A stretch of DNA of 64,000 nucleotides from a candidate division FCPU426 bacterium (GCA_963796105.1 CAWCKJ010000004.1:672001-736000), one strand, 5' to 3'; shown: positions 1 to 9,233, counted from the stretch's first letter. Notes: a model not told the origin generated them from the sequence alone. A program made the numbers and translations.

Positions 1-811
1 TGTAAAGCCAATTGCCGTTACTGTCGAATACTTGGACGTTGTTAACCTGGTCGCTGACGGCGATAAAACCGGCCCCCGCGGCGACCCCGACGGGACATCT
101 CCCCCCGATATAAGGCGTGAGGGTGGCCCGCAAGGTATAGGGCACGAATGGCGTGATAAAAATGCTGGGTGTCGAAGGGAGGGTGGGGATTGGTGTCATG
201 GAAGGTGTCGAAGTGAAGGTGGCCGTGCCGAGGATCACGGCAGTAGGCGTATCGGTGACATGGAACCTGGGCGTGTAAGTCAATGTCGCCTCGGGGGTAT
301 CCGTCACGGTACTGGTATTGGTGATCGTGTCTGTATAGGTGATCGTGGGCGTAAGGGTGGGGGTGGCTGTAGGGGTGCAAGTGGGGGTATTTGTAAACGT
401 CCCCGTGACCAGGACCGTTACGGGCGTATCGGTCGGCATGGGCGTGTCCGTGGAGGTCCGGGTGGGTGTCTGTGTATCCGTCGTGGTGCTGCTCGCCGTC
501 TCGGTGGCCGTCAAGGTGCCTGGCGGGAAAGTGGGCGAATCGGTGGCCGTAACCAGGATCGTCACGGGCGTGTTGGTAGACAGGGGGGTATAAGTAAAGG
601 TGGGAGTTAGGGGTGGGAAGGTTGGGGTTGAAGACGCGGTGGCGCTAAATGTGGGAGTGAGAGATAAGGAAGTAGGCGTGATAGTGGGAGTCGCGGTGGC
701 GATTTCGGGGCTGGATGGGGTTAATTTGGAACCACAGGCCAGGTTGAGGGCCACAGACGACGCGAGAATGAGTAAGAAAAGCCGGGTGGATTTGTTTTTA
801 AAACTGTTCAA
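1..811 (-). CDS. Lipoprotein with long Thr/Pro-rich stalk followed by NHL-repeat beta-propeller; runs off the window's left edge
   Basis: Manual translation from TTG at 811 (GGAGG upstream): MNSFKNKSTRLFLLILASSVALNLAC (lipobox), TPT repeats; at the window edge the same frame reads IAVSDQVNNVQVFDSNGNWLY (NHL-like). Absent from the ORF track because it has no stop in the window. Confidence 0.8.
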   Translation of the reverse strand, partial: MNSFKNKSTRLFLLILASSVALNLACGSKLTPSSPEIATATPTITPTSLSLTPTFSATASSTPTFPPLTPTFTYTPLSTNTPVTILVTATDSPTFPPGTLTATETASSTTTDTQTPTRTSTDTPMPTDTPVTVLVTGTFTNTPTCTPTATPTLTPTITYTDTITNTSTVTDTPEATLTYTPRFHVTDTPTAVILGTATFTSTPSMTPIPTLPSTPSIFITPFVPYTLRATLTPYIGGRCPVGVAAGAGFIAVSDQVNNVQVFDSNGNWLY

Positions 812-874
812 GGGAGCCTCCAAAATAACATCCGGACAGCCTAAGCCCGCGGGCCCCAGCCTTTCCGCTCCCCC
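812..874 (-). promoter_or_regulatory. Conserved GC-rich hairpin leader, copy 1
   Basis: Near-identical to 2611-2675; folds into a long stem upstream of the RBS. Confidence 0.5.
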
Positions 875-1118
875 GTCAACGTGGCGAATAGTAGTTTATA
901 TGCCGGGATTAAAGTGAAGAAACTTGGATAAATCTTCGCGGGCGGGACAAAGGGTAAGTTTTCCGGGTGGAAAGGCTGAAAAATAAAAAATGTTCGTATT
1001 TTGTCGGTTGATTGGCCCCGGAAGACCCGCGCTTCACGTATTTTGTCGCGCGAGGGATTTTTTAACAGCCATCCATCACGGAACGTTTAAAAATATCCCG
1101 CCCCGCGGGAAACGGTTT

Positions 1119-1898
1119 TTAGTGGGTAGTGACCGCGATGGAATAATAATTCTCGGCCTGTAAACCGTTGCCGCTGCCGTCGATCCCGTGGGTGATGACA
1201 TGGTTGGCGTTGGCGAGGTCGATCCAAAGGACGTAAGTGCAAGGCGCGGCGTTAGGATAGGCGTTGCTCACCCCGCTGTCGGGGATATCGACGGAAAGAG
1301 CCCCGGCCGGGAAAATTTGGGTCCAAAGCACGCTATTGCCTGCCGAATTTTCCATTACTGCTCCCCCCGCGGATGGGTTGAAGTTCCAGCCCGCCTGGGT
1401 GATCGCTCCGTTTGTTGAGTCATAGGTGAAACTGGGATTTGGCCCCGGAGCCACGACGCTGGAAGTGGCTGTGACCCCCAAGGCCGCCGTCGAGAAAAAA
1501 TAAGTCGCGCCGGCCGTATAGGTGAAAGACGACGTCCTGTAAATCCCGAATGTGACCCCGTAATCGGCGTAAGTCTGCGTGAAAGGGAGCGCGAAGGTCT
1601 GGCCCCCGCCGGATACCGTGACCGCCGCGATCGAGCAGGGCTGGCCGTTCGCCTGCATGCCGATGCAGGCGTCAGTCACAGGGGAACTGACGAACACGTT
1701 ATGTTCCTCCTTGACCCAGGCGTAGTACCAGGCCAGTTGGGCCGTGGGAGTAGCTGTGCAGGTGATGGTTGGTGTGCTGGTGGCTGTGGCGTTGGTCTTA
1801 GGGGGGCCCGCCGGGTTATTGCTGTTGGAACTACAGGCCCCTGTCAGGACCATGACCGATAAGATGATTAAGGCGAAAAGCCAAATGGATTTTTTCAT
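1119..1898 (-). CDS. Lipoprotein, short TPT stalk plus beta-rich domain of unknown function (paralog of 12961-13959 and 14166-15254)
   Basis: LTGAC lipobox; shared motifs QANGQP.S.AAV, GVTA..S..A.G, P.SG.SNAYP. Confidence 0.8.
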   Translation of the reverse strand: MKKSIWLFALIILSVMVLTGACSSNSNNPAGPPKTNATATSTPTITCTATPTAQLAWYYAWVKEEHNVFVSSPVTDACIGMQANGQPCSIAAVTVSGGGQTFALPFTQTYADYGVTFGIYRTSSFTYTAGATYFFSTAALGVTATSSVVAPGPNPSFTYDSTNGAITQAGWNFNPSAGGAVMENSAGNSVLWTQIFPAGALSVDIPDSGVSNAYPNAAPCTYVLWIDLANANHVITHGIDGSGNGLQAENYYSIAVTTH

Positions 1899-1920
1899 CC
1901 TCAGAAACTCCTTTATTGGA

Positions 1921-2610
1921 TTACTGGATAGTGACGTCGTCTATATAAAGGTTTACGGTGTTAAAGGGACCTGTCGCGGTAGAACTGGCACCAAGCACGA
2001 ATCGAATCCCATTCACGGCCGAAGGTGTGGTCTGTCCCATTAGGTAAGTGATCGCCCAGGTCGCCTGCGTCCAAGCGCCAACGGTCACCGAGGACATAAG
2101 GCCGCCCCCATTCCCGTATAAAGAATCCGCCTCGACCCAAATCTGGTTTCCGGTGGCTGCCGGAAGCTGGTCGATGAAGTACCAGAAGGAGATCGTCTCA
2201 CCGGTCAAGTTGACGGGCGGGTTGATAAAATAATAGAACCCCCCATATTGGTAGGCGCCGGTAAAAGTGATGCTCGATGCAAGGGATTGGATCTCCGTGT
2301 GCGCCTCGGCGGTGGAAAGCTCCACAGCGCTCTGAAGGCTTGGGAATTCAGTATACCAACCAGCAGGGACTGAAGAACCCTCGAACCCTTGGGCCGGGAA
2401 AGTCGTATCGATCGTTGCGGTGACCGTGACGGTTGGGGTGATCGTCGGCGAATTTGTGATAGTCGGCGTGATCGTGGCGGTCGGCGTCGCGGTCGCCTTA
2501 GGGGGGCCTACCGGATTTTCCGTGTTGGAACTGCAGGCACCTGTCAGGGCCATGACCGCTATGAGGATGAAGGCCAAGAACCAAAAGGATTTGTTTTGAA
2601 ATGTTTTCAA
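1921..2610 (-). CDS. Lipoprotein, TPT stalk plus carbohydrate-binding-module-like beta-sandwich
   Basis: LTGAC lipobox; FE..S...GW, LST.EAH....SL, NLTG.TISFW, WTQ, LYIDDV pattern typical of CBM-like jelly-rolls. Confidence 0.7.
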   Translation of the reverse strand: MKTFQNKSFWFLAFILIAVMALTGACSSNTENPVGPPKATATPTATITPTITNSPTITPTVTVTATIDTTFPAQGFEGSSVPAGWYTEFPSLQSAVELSTAEAHTEIQSLASSITFTGAYQYGGFYYFINPPVNLTGETISFWYFIDQLPAATGNQIWVEADSLYGNGGGLMSSVTVGAWTQATWAITYLMGQTTPSAVNGIRFVLGASSTATGPFNTVNLYIDDVTIQ

Positions 2611-2675
2611 AGGAGCCTCCGAAAATAAATATTCCGGACAGCCGCGCCCGAAGGCCCCGGCCTTTCCGCTCCCCC
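2611..2675 (-). promoter_or_regulatory. Conserved GC-rich hairpin leader, copy 2 (UUCG-capped)
   Basis: Minus strand GGGGGAGCGGAAAGGCCGGGGCC-TTCG-GGCGCGGCTGTCCGGA; matches 812-874. Confidence 0.5.
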
Positions 2676-2782
2676 TTTATTAATGACTATGTTAATTCCC
2701 TTCCGGGAAAAAAGAGGTTAAATCTTCGTGTCGAGATTGAAGAGAAGGGTTAAACGGATGACCATCCGGATTTGAAATAATC

Positions 2783-3023
2783 TTTCACCACAGAACTCTT
2801 CACACCGCAGTGAAGAGTCGTGTCAGAGACCCAGAGAAAGACATTTAACCGGGTACAACTTTTCACCACAGAGTTTCACCACAGGGACACAGAGACACAG
2901 AGAAAGACATTTTCCTGGGTACTGACAAAATCAATTTTCGCCATGGATGTGCCAATCTTCCATAAAACTTATAAGGAGATTGGTACGATACCAGCCCCCC
3001 TATTGGACTTATGGAAGGCTGGC
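2783..3023. repeat. Composite intergenic repeat cluster (TTTCACCACAG...CACAGAG units, ACCGCA-loop hairpin, TACCAGCC...GGCTGGCA hairpin)
   Basis: Units recur at 5747-5817, 11814-12037, 12826-12865, 57944-58077 and 58560-58879. Confidence 0.7.
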
Positions 3024-3040
3024 ATGCATGGGATGCATGG

Positions 3041-3192
3041 GATTTAAAGCGCATTTTGATCATGATCTGAAACCCTTTTGAATCAATATCAACATCCCCT
3101 GCTTTCGATTCATCCAGCAAGCCTGAAAAAAGCTAAAATAAGGCCAATTCAAAAAGGATATTTGGCCGGTTCGAGTACAGCCTGGGGAGCCA
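3041..3192 (+). repeat. ~150-bp direct repeat copy 1, ending in a tRNA-3'-end-like sequence
   Basis: About 15 mismatches over the first ~126 nt versus 5868-5993 (hand alignment); ends GCCGGTTCGAGTACAGCCTGGGGAGCCA. Confidence 0.8.
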
Positions 3193-3511
3193 TTTTAGAA
3201 CACCCAGTACCTCGGAAGCCTCAAGAGGTAACGCTGGGGTAACGCTCAAAGGGTCGATCCTGACATGGGATCAGGCCCTTTTGCATTCTTTATATGAACT
3301 ATCGCGGACAAGGTTCAACTTTTCTAACCTTATTTATAAGACCGTCACACTTTCGGATCAGCGTTTACAAGGTAAGAGCATTTAAAAAACCACGCCCTGA
3401 AAATCTATTGAAAATGTATTTCCGCGTCAAAATTAAGGAAAACAAGCGGGATCAAGTGAAAGCCGCAGTTTGAATATTTTATCGAACGTTGCCCCTTTTC
3501 GAGTTCCGACT

Positions 3512-5572
3512 TTATTTTTGTAACACCTTTTCCGGGACGGGCCAGGGAATCAAGTTTTCATTCTTGAATACCTGGGTCAATAACTTCCCGAAAAAGATGG
3601 CGCCGTTGGGATCCAAATGGCCGGGGCCGGTCGTGGGATAAAAGGAAAGATCCAGGGCATTCAGGTAGGGGCCAAGGTCAAAATAAGGGACATTGTACTT
3701 CTGGGCCACTTCCTTATAAAAATCTGGTTGATAGTAATCAGCGGACACTGCGTTTATGTAGCCAAAGAGAATTAATAGCCTCACGGGTTTGCCGCTGGAT
3801 GTTCTCATGTTCGAAAGCTTGCGATTGAGCAATTCCCAGGGGTACCCCCAAAACTCCAGGCTCATCTCGCGCGCTTTCGGATCGGAATTGATGTCGTTTA
3901 CCGAAAATTCAAAATTATTTCCGTTAATCTTCACATATTTATGCTCTTTGCAATATTCATAGAATCTCCGGGGCATACCATCCGGGATCCTCTCCTGGGG
4001 AGGCTTTAAAATATATTCCATATCCGGGTTAGAAGTTAAAACGCCGTTAGCGTGGGGAATGCCGTCGGGGGTCAAATTATAACGGTAATAATAACAATAG
4101 GCCGGCAAGTCAATCTGCGGGTTGAAGATGACCACCAGATCGACATCGAGTTTTTTGACTTCGTCGGGCACTTCAATGGTAGGCCAAAAGAGAAGGTCCC
4201 CATGGCGGCCAAAACTTAAAAACTCATAATTCATGGGATTATCATCTAGAGCGGCCTGGAAATTCAGTTCATGTTCCACTTGGGGAGCGATAGCCAAGTT
4301 CTCCGGGTATTGCTTGCCTGTGACCACGGGGTGGGTGTCGGTGGGAAGAAGAAAATCGTCGGTGTCCGTTGTCCCGCAGTTCCCGCATAACAATATCCGA
4401 TAGGTGTTTTTGGGCTTTTCGGCCGGGTATTCAGCGCCATTTAATCTTACGCTGTTATGGCCCATATTCCAAAACAGGTCCCGAATCGAAACGATAACGT
4501 TCACATTAGGAATGGTAAAAAAGAACTTTCGTTTACCTGAGGGATCAGGGACAAAACCCACCCAGGGGCTTATAGGCTGGATCGATTCATAAGGATATTT
4601 ATCCGGGGGTATAAAGTCACCCCATGCATTATTGAATTTTACCACTCCGTTGCTCGAGCCGTACTGCGAGTAACGCTTGTCTAAAATAAACCGCTCGGCC
4701 GGATACCCATCCTTTTTCAACAGGCCATAAAGGATTTGGTCGCTCGAGCAAAGTGAAATCACCTTATCCGCCGGGTTCCCCGCCGGCTGCATATTCGTCA
4801 CCGCGTTATTCTTCCAGTCCAACGAGAAAACACTTTGCAAATCCCTGTCGGACACGTAGATCGTGTTTTCCTGGATCCATAGGGCCGACGGATGGGGAAG
4901 TTGAACATTATCTTTCAGGATCGCCGTTATTTGACCGGTCCCCAAATTCAACGCATTCAAAACACCCGCGTCTGGCTGGGTAAACAGGATCGAATTGGCC
5001 GTGGGAAGGTAGACCATATCCTTGATCCCAATCAACAAGACCGGCGGCTTGACGTCAGGGGAAGGCATGGAGTTCGGTTTTGGGGAATCGGACCCATCCA
5101 GCTGGATAGGTCCGCCCCGATAGGTCGTCACCGTCCCCGCTTTTAGGTTCACAAAACGAAGACTTTGGCTCAAAAAATCGTTGACCGCCAAATAATCGCC
5201 CGGAAGATAAAGGACCCCTCGGGGTTCGTGGAATAGGGCCAGAGTCAATGGACCGTCCAAATTCCCGGGCGCGTCCTGGCCAGCAACGGTGCCAACCTCA
5301 TTGTTTTGGTCAAGGTGGATAATGCGGATTCGGTTATTGAGGGAATCGGCGACGAAAAGGCGGGTCCCATCATCGCTCACCGTCAAACCCAGGGGCTGGT
5401 TAAATAGGGCAGTGTTAAAACTTCCATCCCTATAACCGGCGTCGTATTGACTTCCCGCAACCACGGCAAAGGGGGAATACAAGGGACGAATCGTCCCCGC
5501 CGCTGGAACGGCCAGTAAGCTCAAGAGCGTTATTAAAAATACCGTCATAAGTGAAACAAGATACCGATTCAT
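3512..5572 (-). CDS. Secreted NHL-repeat protein with C-terminal SGNH/GDSL-like domain
   Basis: Signal peptide; DG....A.FNQP.GL...DG..LFVADS.NNRIR NHL repeats; KPKNTYRILLCGNC and late GH..P.G motif at SGNH block positions. Confidence 0.75.
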   Translation of the reverse strand: MNRYLVSLMTVFLITLLSLLAVPAAGTIRPLYSPFAVVAGSQYDAGYRDGSFNTALFNQPLGLTVSDDGTRLFVADSLNNRIRIIHLDQNNEVGTVAGQDAPGNLDGPLTLALFHEPRGVLYLPGDYLAVNDFLSQSLRFVNLKAGTVTTYRGGPIQLDGSDSPKPNSMPSPDVKPPVLLIGIKDMVYLPTANSILFTQPDAGVLNALNLGTGQITAILKDNVQLPHPSALWIQENTIYVSDRDLQSVFSLDWKNNAVTNMQPAGNPADKVISLCSSDQILYGLLKKDGYPAERFILDKRYSQYGSSNGVVKFNNAWGDFIPPDKYPYESIQPISPWVGFVPDPSGKRKFFFTIPNVNVIVSIRDLFWNMGHNSVRLNGAEYPAEKPKNTYRILLCGNCGTTDTDDFLLPTDTHPVVTGKQYPENLAIAPQVEHELNFQAALDDNPMNYEFLSFGRHGDLLFWPTIEVPDEVKKLDVDLVVIFNPQIDLPAYCYYYRYNLTPDGIPHANGVLTSNPDMEYILKPPQERIPDGMPRRFYEYCKEHKYVKINGNNFEFSVNDINSDPKAREMSLEFWGYPWELLNRKLSNMRTSSGKPVRLLILFGYINAVSADYYQPDFYKEVAQKYNVPYFDLGPYLNALDLSFYPTTGPGHLDPNGAIFFGKLLTQVFKNENLIPWPVPEKVLQK

Positions 5573-5867
5573 ACGCGCCTCCTAATATATATTGGGCCAA
5601 AATAGGAAAAGGCGGGCTTAGGTACAAAACCCTCGCACTTTTCCTACCCTATAGACGGGAAAAGGCCGATTTATTTCAAATTTTTTTTAAATAGCCAAAA
5701 ACCCTTTTAATGAAGGGGTATTGGGGGGTTCTTGAGGGCCCTTTAACTGTGCCTCTGTCCCACATCCCCATAAATCCATAAAAGAATTTAGCTGTGCCTC
5801 TGAGTCCCTGTGGTGAATATTAAGGTTTTACGGGTTTTAGGCAAAAAATTCGCGCTGGCATTCAGGT

Positions 5868-6017
5868 GATTAAAAGCGAACTTTAATCATGATCTGGAAC
5901 CTTTTTGAATCAATGGCATCATCCGGCGCTTTCGATTTATCCAGCAAGCATGAAAAAAGCTAAAATAAGGCCAATTCAAAAAGGATGTTTGGCTAATTTG
6001 ACCTAACTAGGGGAGTC
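5868..6017 (+). repeat. ~150-bp direct repeat copy 2 (3' end more degenerate)
   Basis: Aligns to 3041-3190. Confidence 0.8.
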
Positions 6018-6044
6018 TTAATTTAAATGCTGAAGGAAAATTAA

Positions 6045-6392
6045 ATGACGGATGAAGAGTATTTGCGGATTCTGAAGAAAAAAATGAATTTTAGGGGTAT
6101 AAGAGTTTTAATTGTTTTTTTGCTCTATTTACCCCTAATGAGAGGCACTGTTTATTTATCGAATTTAATGGGGTTTAAAAACAATAACTTTTTTCCAGCC
6201 GTAGCAATCGCATATATGATTTTTTGGCTTTACTGTATTTTATCTTACAAATTCATGAAGTGCCCTAAATGCGAAAATTATTACTATTGGGGCATTTATC
6301 GAAAGCCTATAAGCCAAATTTTCAATCTCAAACTTTTAATGGGTCGAAAGTGCTCTTCCTGTGGATTTGAATTAAAGAAATCTAAAAGTTGA
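6045..6392 (+). CDS. Small AT-rich membrane protein with CxxC...CxxC zinc ribbon
   Basis: Two hydrophobic segments; CPKC and CSSC; AAGGA RBS. Confidence 0.7.
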   Translation: MTDEEYLRILKKKMNFRGIRVLIVFLLYLPLMRGTVYLSNLMGFKNNNFFPAVAIAYMIFWLYCILSYKFMKCPKCENYYYWGIYRKPISQIFNLKLLMGRKCSSCGFELKKSKS

Positions 6393-6513
6393 CCTTTTCG
6401 GCATAAATCCGAAGGTTCGAAAATGGATCGACAAGCTCAACAGATACTCGTCATGAATGTGGAGGAAGGAAGTCAATTCTCAATTTTGAATGTTAAATTT
6501 TGAATTAGTAGGC

Positions 6514-6530
6514 TTGTCCACGATGGGGAG
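6514..6530 (+). repeat. TGTCCA element left arm; overlaps RBS of next gene
   Basis: TTGTCCACGATGGGGAG immediately before TTG 6536. Confidence 0.7.
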
Positions 6531-6535
6531 GCCAT

Positions 6536-6985
6536 TTGAAAAGGGATACTGAAAATTCAGTTAAACGGCTTGATTTAATCTGGTATTCCTTCAGTTTTGT
6601 TTTTTTGGCAATTGTTACCGGCTTTTTTAAGTTTTCCGCGCTCAGTCATTTGCTTTTTACCCCCTATATTTTTTTGATGGGATTTTTTTCATTTACGTTC
6701 GGAGTTTTAAAAGTTGTTTTTTTCAGAAGCGGGAAATTCCTTCAATTAACCACGTCAGTGAAAATCAGGGGTTGGTTCGCCTTCCTTGCCTCAATGACCG
6801 CCGCCTTTTGGTGTCTATTCAGTTTTAATTTTCCTTGGTTTTATCGTTTGGCCTATTTTCTGTTCTGTTCATTCTTCGGCTTCCTTAACGGCCTAAGCCT
6901 ATATAAGGGTGTGAGCCTTGCCTTTTTTCATTGGGTTGACCAAAAGTACGGAGAATCCATCCGGAGGTTAATATTAAGAAAATAA
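6536..6985 (+). CDS. AT-rich hypothetical membrane protein (about 4 TM)
   Basis: Phe-rich hydrophobic segments; GGAGG RBS. Confidence 0.65.
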   Translation: MKRDTENSVKRLDLIWYSFSFVFLAIVTGFFKFSALSHLLFTPYIFLMGFFSFTFGVLKVVFFRSGKFLQLTTSVKIRGWFAFLASMTAAFWCLFSFNFPWFYRLAYFLFCSFFGFLNGLSLYKGVSLAFFHWVDQKYGESIRRLILRK

Positions 6986-6996
6986 TGCTAATTCCC

Positions 6997-7051
6997 TTGT
7001 TCACGACTGGGAGATCCTCGTTCCACAACGAGTATCAGTGGGATTGGACAG
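6997..7051 (+). repeat. Complete TGTCCA...TGGACA hairpin element
   Basis: TTGTTCACGACTGGGAG...CTCGT-TCCACA-ACGAG...GGGATTGGACAG. Confidence 0.7.
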
Positions 7052-7160
7052 GGAGTAACCCCTGATTCAGCCCCGAATCGATGGAACTTTCACCCCCTTT
7101 GTTTCGTCCTATAATTGTTCCAGCGCTTTGTGATCTTGTTTTCAAGAAAGAGGTAAAGCT

Positions 7161-7976
7161 ATGAAACCAACCCCTGGTTTTCCGGTTCTGTTAAAAACGG
7201 CGTTGACCTTAATAGTTGTCTTTTTATTCAGCGGATGCGCGCAACAGCCCCTGCCGCCCCTCTTCAGCCTTTACGGCTACCAGCGCCTCGCCGTCATTCC
7301 CTTTGACAACAATACGCAGGACCCGGCCTTGGCCACCGCACTGCAGGATGAATTGACCAGTGAGATCGTGAGCCTAAACGCCCTTCCCGTGATCGAGGCG
7401 GGCCAGGTGGCGGCCTACCTGAAGTCCATCCCCGCAAAAGCTTCCGACGTACTGACGGACCAGGGATTGCGCCAAAATATCGTCCAACATTTCAAATGCG
7501 ACATCCTATTAGTGGGGTCGGCGGAGGGATACAACGAGTTCCTCAAGGATGAATCGCCTAATAGGTCGGGTTCAGGGTGGGGCTTTTACACGGATCGCAA
7601 GGTCGTCGTCACTAACAGCGCCAAGCTGATGGACCCTGCCAGCGGCAGTCTGCTATGGTTCCGGAACAAGAACTGGGGCGCAAGTTGGCACAATACCTGG
7701 AATCCCCTTCCCGTTCCGGAAACCGTGTTCCTTCCGGGCCTGCTAGGGCAGTTTGTCGATTTGGTTAATTTGGTGAAATACCGGCTGGACCAAAAAGTGG
7801 ATGTTGAGCCTCCCTTTGCCGACGAAACCTATGGTGGCGGCCTGATCTATCCCCAAAGCACCGCATTTACCCGGCTTCGCCAGAAGGCCATTGTGTCCGC
7901 GGTGGGTTCCATGGTGGATGACTTTCAGGGCCATTACAACTGGACGCCAGGGTTAAGGACAAACAACGGCCAATAA
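7161..7976 (+). CDS. Lipoprotein of CsgG/LpoB/GNA1162-like fold
   Basis: FSGC lipobox; RLAVIPFDN; DILLVGS; AKLMDPASGSLLW. Confidence 0.7.
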   Translation: MKPTPGFPVLLKTALTLIVVFLFSGCAQQPLPPLFSLYGYQRLAVIPFDNNTQDPALATALQDELTSEIVSLNALPVIEAGQVAAYLKSIPAKASDVLTDQGLRQNIVQHFKCDILLVGSAEGYNEFLKDESPNRSGSGWGFYTDRKVVVTNSAKLMDPASGSLLWFRNKNWGASWHNTWNPLPVPETVFLPGLLGQFVDLVNLVKYRLDQKVDVEPPFADETYGGGLIYPQSTAFTRLRQKAIVSAVGSMVDDFQGHYNWTPGLRTNNGQ

Positions 7977-8045
7977 GGCCGGAAGTAAAAAATCCGCTAA
8001 TTATCAATTTCCTTCGGTTAAATAATGAAAAGCAATGGTTTTGAA

Positions 8046-8122
8046 TTGTCCACGACGGGGAGGGTTGTACAACAATTATGAATTTTGAATTAATAGACTT
8101 GTCCACGACGGTGAGGTGGAAA
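8046..8122 (+). repeat. Two minimal TGTCCA elements
   Basis: TTGTCCACGACGGGGAGGGTTGTACAA (8046-8072) and TTGTCCACGACGGTGAGGTGGAAA (8099-8122). Confidence 0.7.
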
Positions 8123-8160
8123 GAACAAATTTTTGGTTGATATTTGTATCCTTCCTTGCC

Positions 8161-8191
8161 AAAAGGTATATACTTTAGGTATATACCTTTT
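8161..8191. promoter_or_regulatory. Palindromic operator of the TA pair
   Basis: Perfect 13-bp inverted repeat AAAAGGTATATAC-TTTAG-GTATATACCTTTT directly before the RBS. Confidence 0.7.
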
Positions 8192-8203
8192 AGGAGTTGA
8201 AAA

Positions 8204-8443
8204 ATGACCAAAGTCCTGTCACTTAAAATAAAAGGCGAGATTTTCGAGGATGTGGAATCCATAACCAAAATCCTTCAAATGCCCCGGAACGCCTATATCA
8301 ACGAGGCGTTGAATTTTTACAATGAGTTCAACCGCCGAAAAGGGCTCAGGAAAAAACTGCTGAAGGAATCCCTGCTCACACGCAAGAACTCCATGGACGT
8401 CCTGAGTGAGATGGAAAAGCTCGAGGAAGCCACCCTCGAATGA
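8204..8443 (+). CDS. Ribbon-helix-helix antitoxin
   Basis: LSLKI...IFE......MPRNAYINEAL; overlaps the mazF start (ATGA). Confidence 0.8.
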   Translation: MTKVLSLKIKGEIFEDVESITKILQMPRNAYINEALNFYNEFNRRKGLRKKLLKESLLTRKNSMDVLSEMEKLEEATLE

Positions 8444-8850
8444 AGATCAGGAAATTTAATATTTACCTGGCCGATCTAAGCCCGCGTTTCGGCACAGAGC
8501 CGGGAAAAACAAGGCCGGTCGTCGTTCTCCAAACCAACCTTTTAAATGACGCTCAACACCCCAGCACCATTGTTTGTCCTATCACCACTAATGTTATCCG
8601 TGGGGCTGAAATACTTCGGGTGCGCCTTTCCAAAAAGGGAGTGGGTCTCCCTGGGCCGAGGCCACGAGCCGAAGCCCGAGGTTTGGGTGTGCCGGTTCTT
8701 ACAGGAACCGGCCTTAAAAAAGATTCCGATGTATTGGTCGATCAAATACGCGCTATTGATAACCGCCGGTTCGTAAAACAGTTGGGTGAATTAAACCCGA
8801 TGGATAAGGCAAAGTTGATTGAAAACCTTAAGATTATCTTATTCGAATAG
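8440..8850 (+). CDS. mazF: PemK/MazF family toxin with an in-frame insertion
   Basis: LADLSPRFGTEPGKTRPVVVLQ...CPITT...DQIRAIDNRRF. Confidence 0.9.
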   Translation: MKIRKFNIYLADLSPRFGTEPGKTRPVVVLQTNLLNDAQHPSTIVCPITTNVIRGAEILRVRLSKKGVGLPGPRPRAEARGLGVPVLTGTGLKKDSDVLVDQIRAIDNRRFVKQLGELNPMDKAKLIENLKIILFE

Positions 8851-8888
8851 TCGAAAAAATCGATTCTCTTTCCCTCGGATCTGGCGCT

Positions 8889-9149
8889 TTGGTGATTGGG
8901 GTTATATCTGGGGTTTTAGCTCTTTTGTTTTCTTTTATTAAGAGAACACGTATTAAATGGCTACTCGTATTATTAGCCCCTTTTATTCTGACTGAATTCA
9001 TTTACTGGACACCTGTTTGGTTTGCCCACCAACCTTCGGGGGAATATTCATCATGGGAGGGTTTGTTTATTGTGCCCTGGTATGGGGTAGGTGCTTTTGC
9101 GTCTGCTTTGGTTTGTTACTTGGTTGAAAAATTGAAAAATAATAACTAA
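8889..9149 (+). CDS. Small AT-rich membrane protein (start uncertain)
   Basis: Three hydrophobic segments; frame is open back to ~8833 without a good start or RBS. Confidence 0.55.
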   Translation: MVIGVISGVLALLFSFIKRTRIKWLLVLLAPFILTEFIYWTPVWFAHQPSGEYSSWEGLFIVPWYGVGAFASALVCYLVEKLKNNN

Positions 9150-9203
9150 GCGATGAAGTGGATAAAACTATTTACCCCAAAGGTTTAAAATTGACGTTAG
9201 AGG

Positions 9204-9233
9204 TTGTTCCTTATGGGGACCCGTCGTGGACAG
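9204..9233 (-). repeat. TGTCCA element, reverse orientation
   Basis: Reverse complement CTGTCCACGACGGGTCCCCATAAGGAACAA. Confidence 0.65.

Noticed and set aside
32..917. Plus-strand Val/Gly-rich ORFs (also 13715-13954, 42615-43609)
   Set aside because: Antisense shadows of Thr/Pro-repeat genes.
3120..3192. Intact tRNA gene
   Set aside because: Only a T-arm and acceptor 3' strand are recognisable; no D-arm, anticodon arm or complementary 5' acceptor strand.
6514..9233. DnaA-box cluster / replication origin
   Set aside because: TTGTCCACG is one mismatch from a DnaA box, but the copies are dispersed between genes, extend into a longer GACGGGGAG consensus, and no origin-linked genes are nearby.
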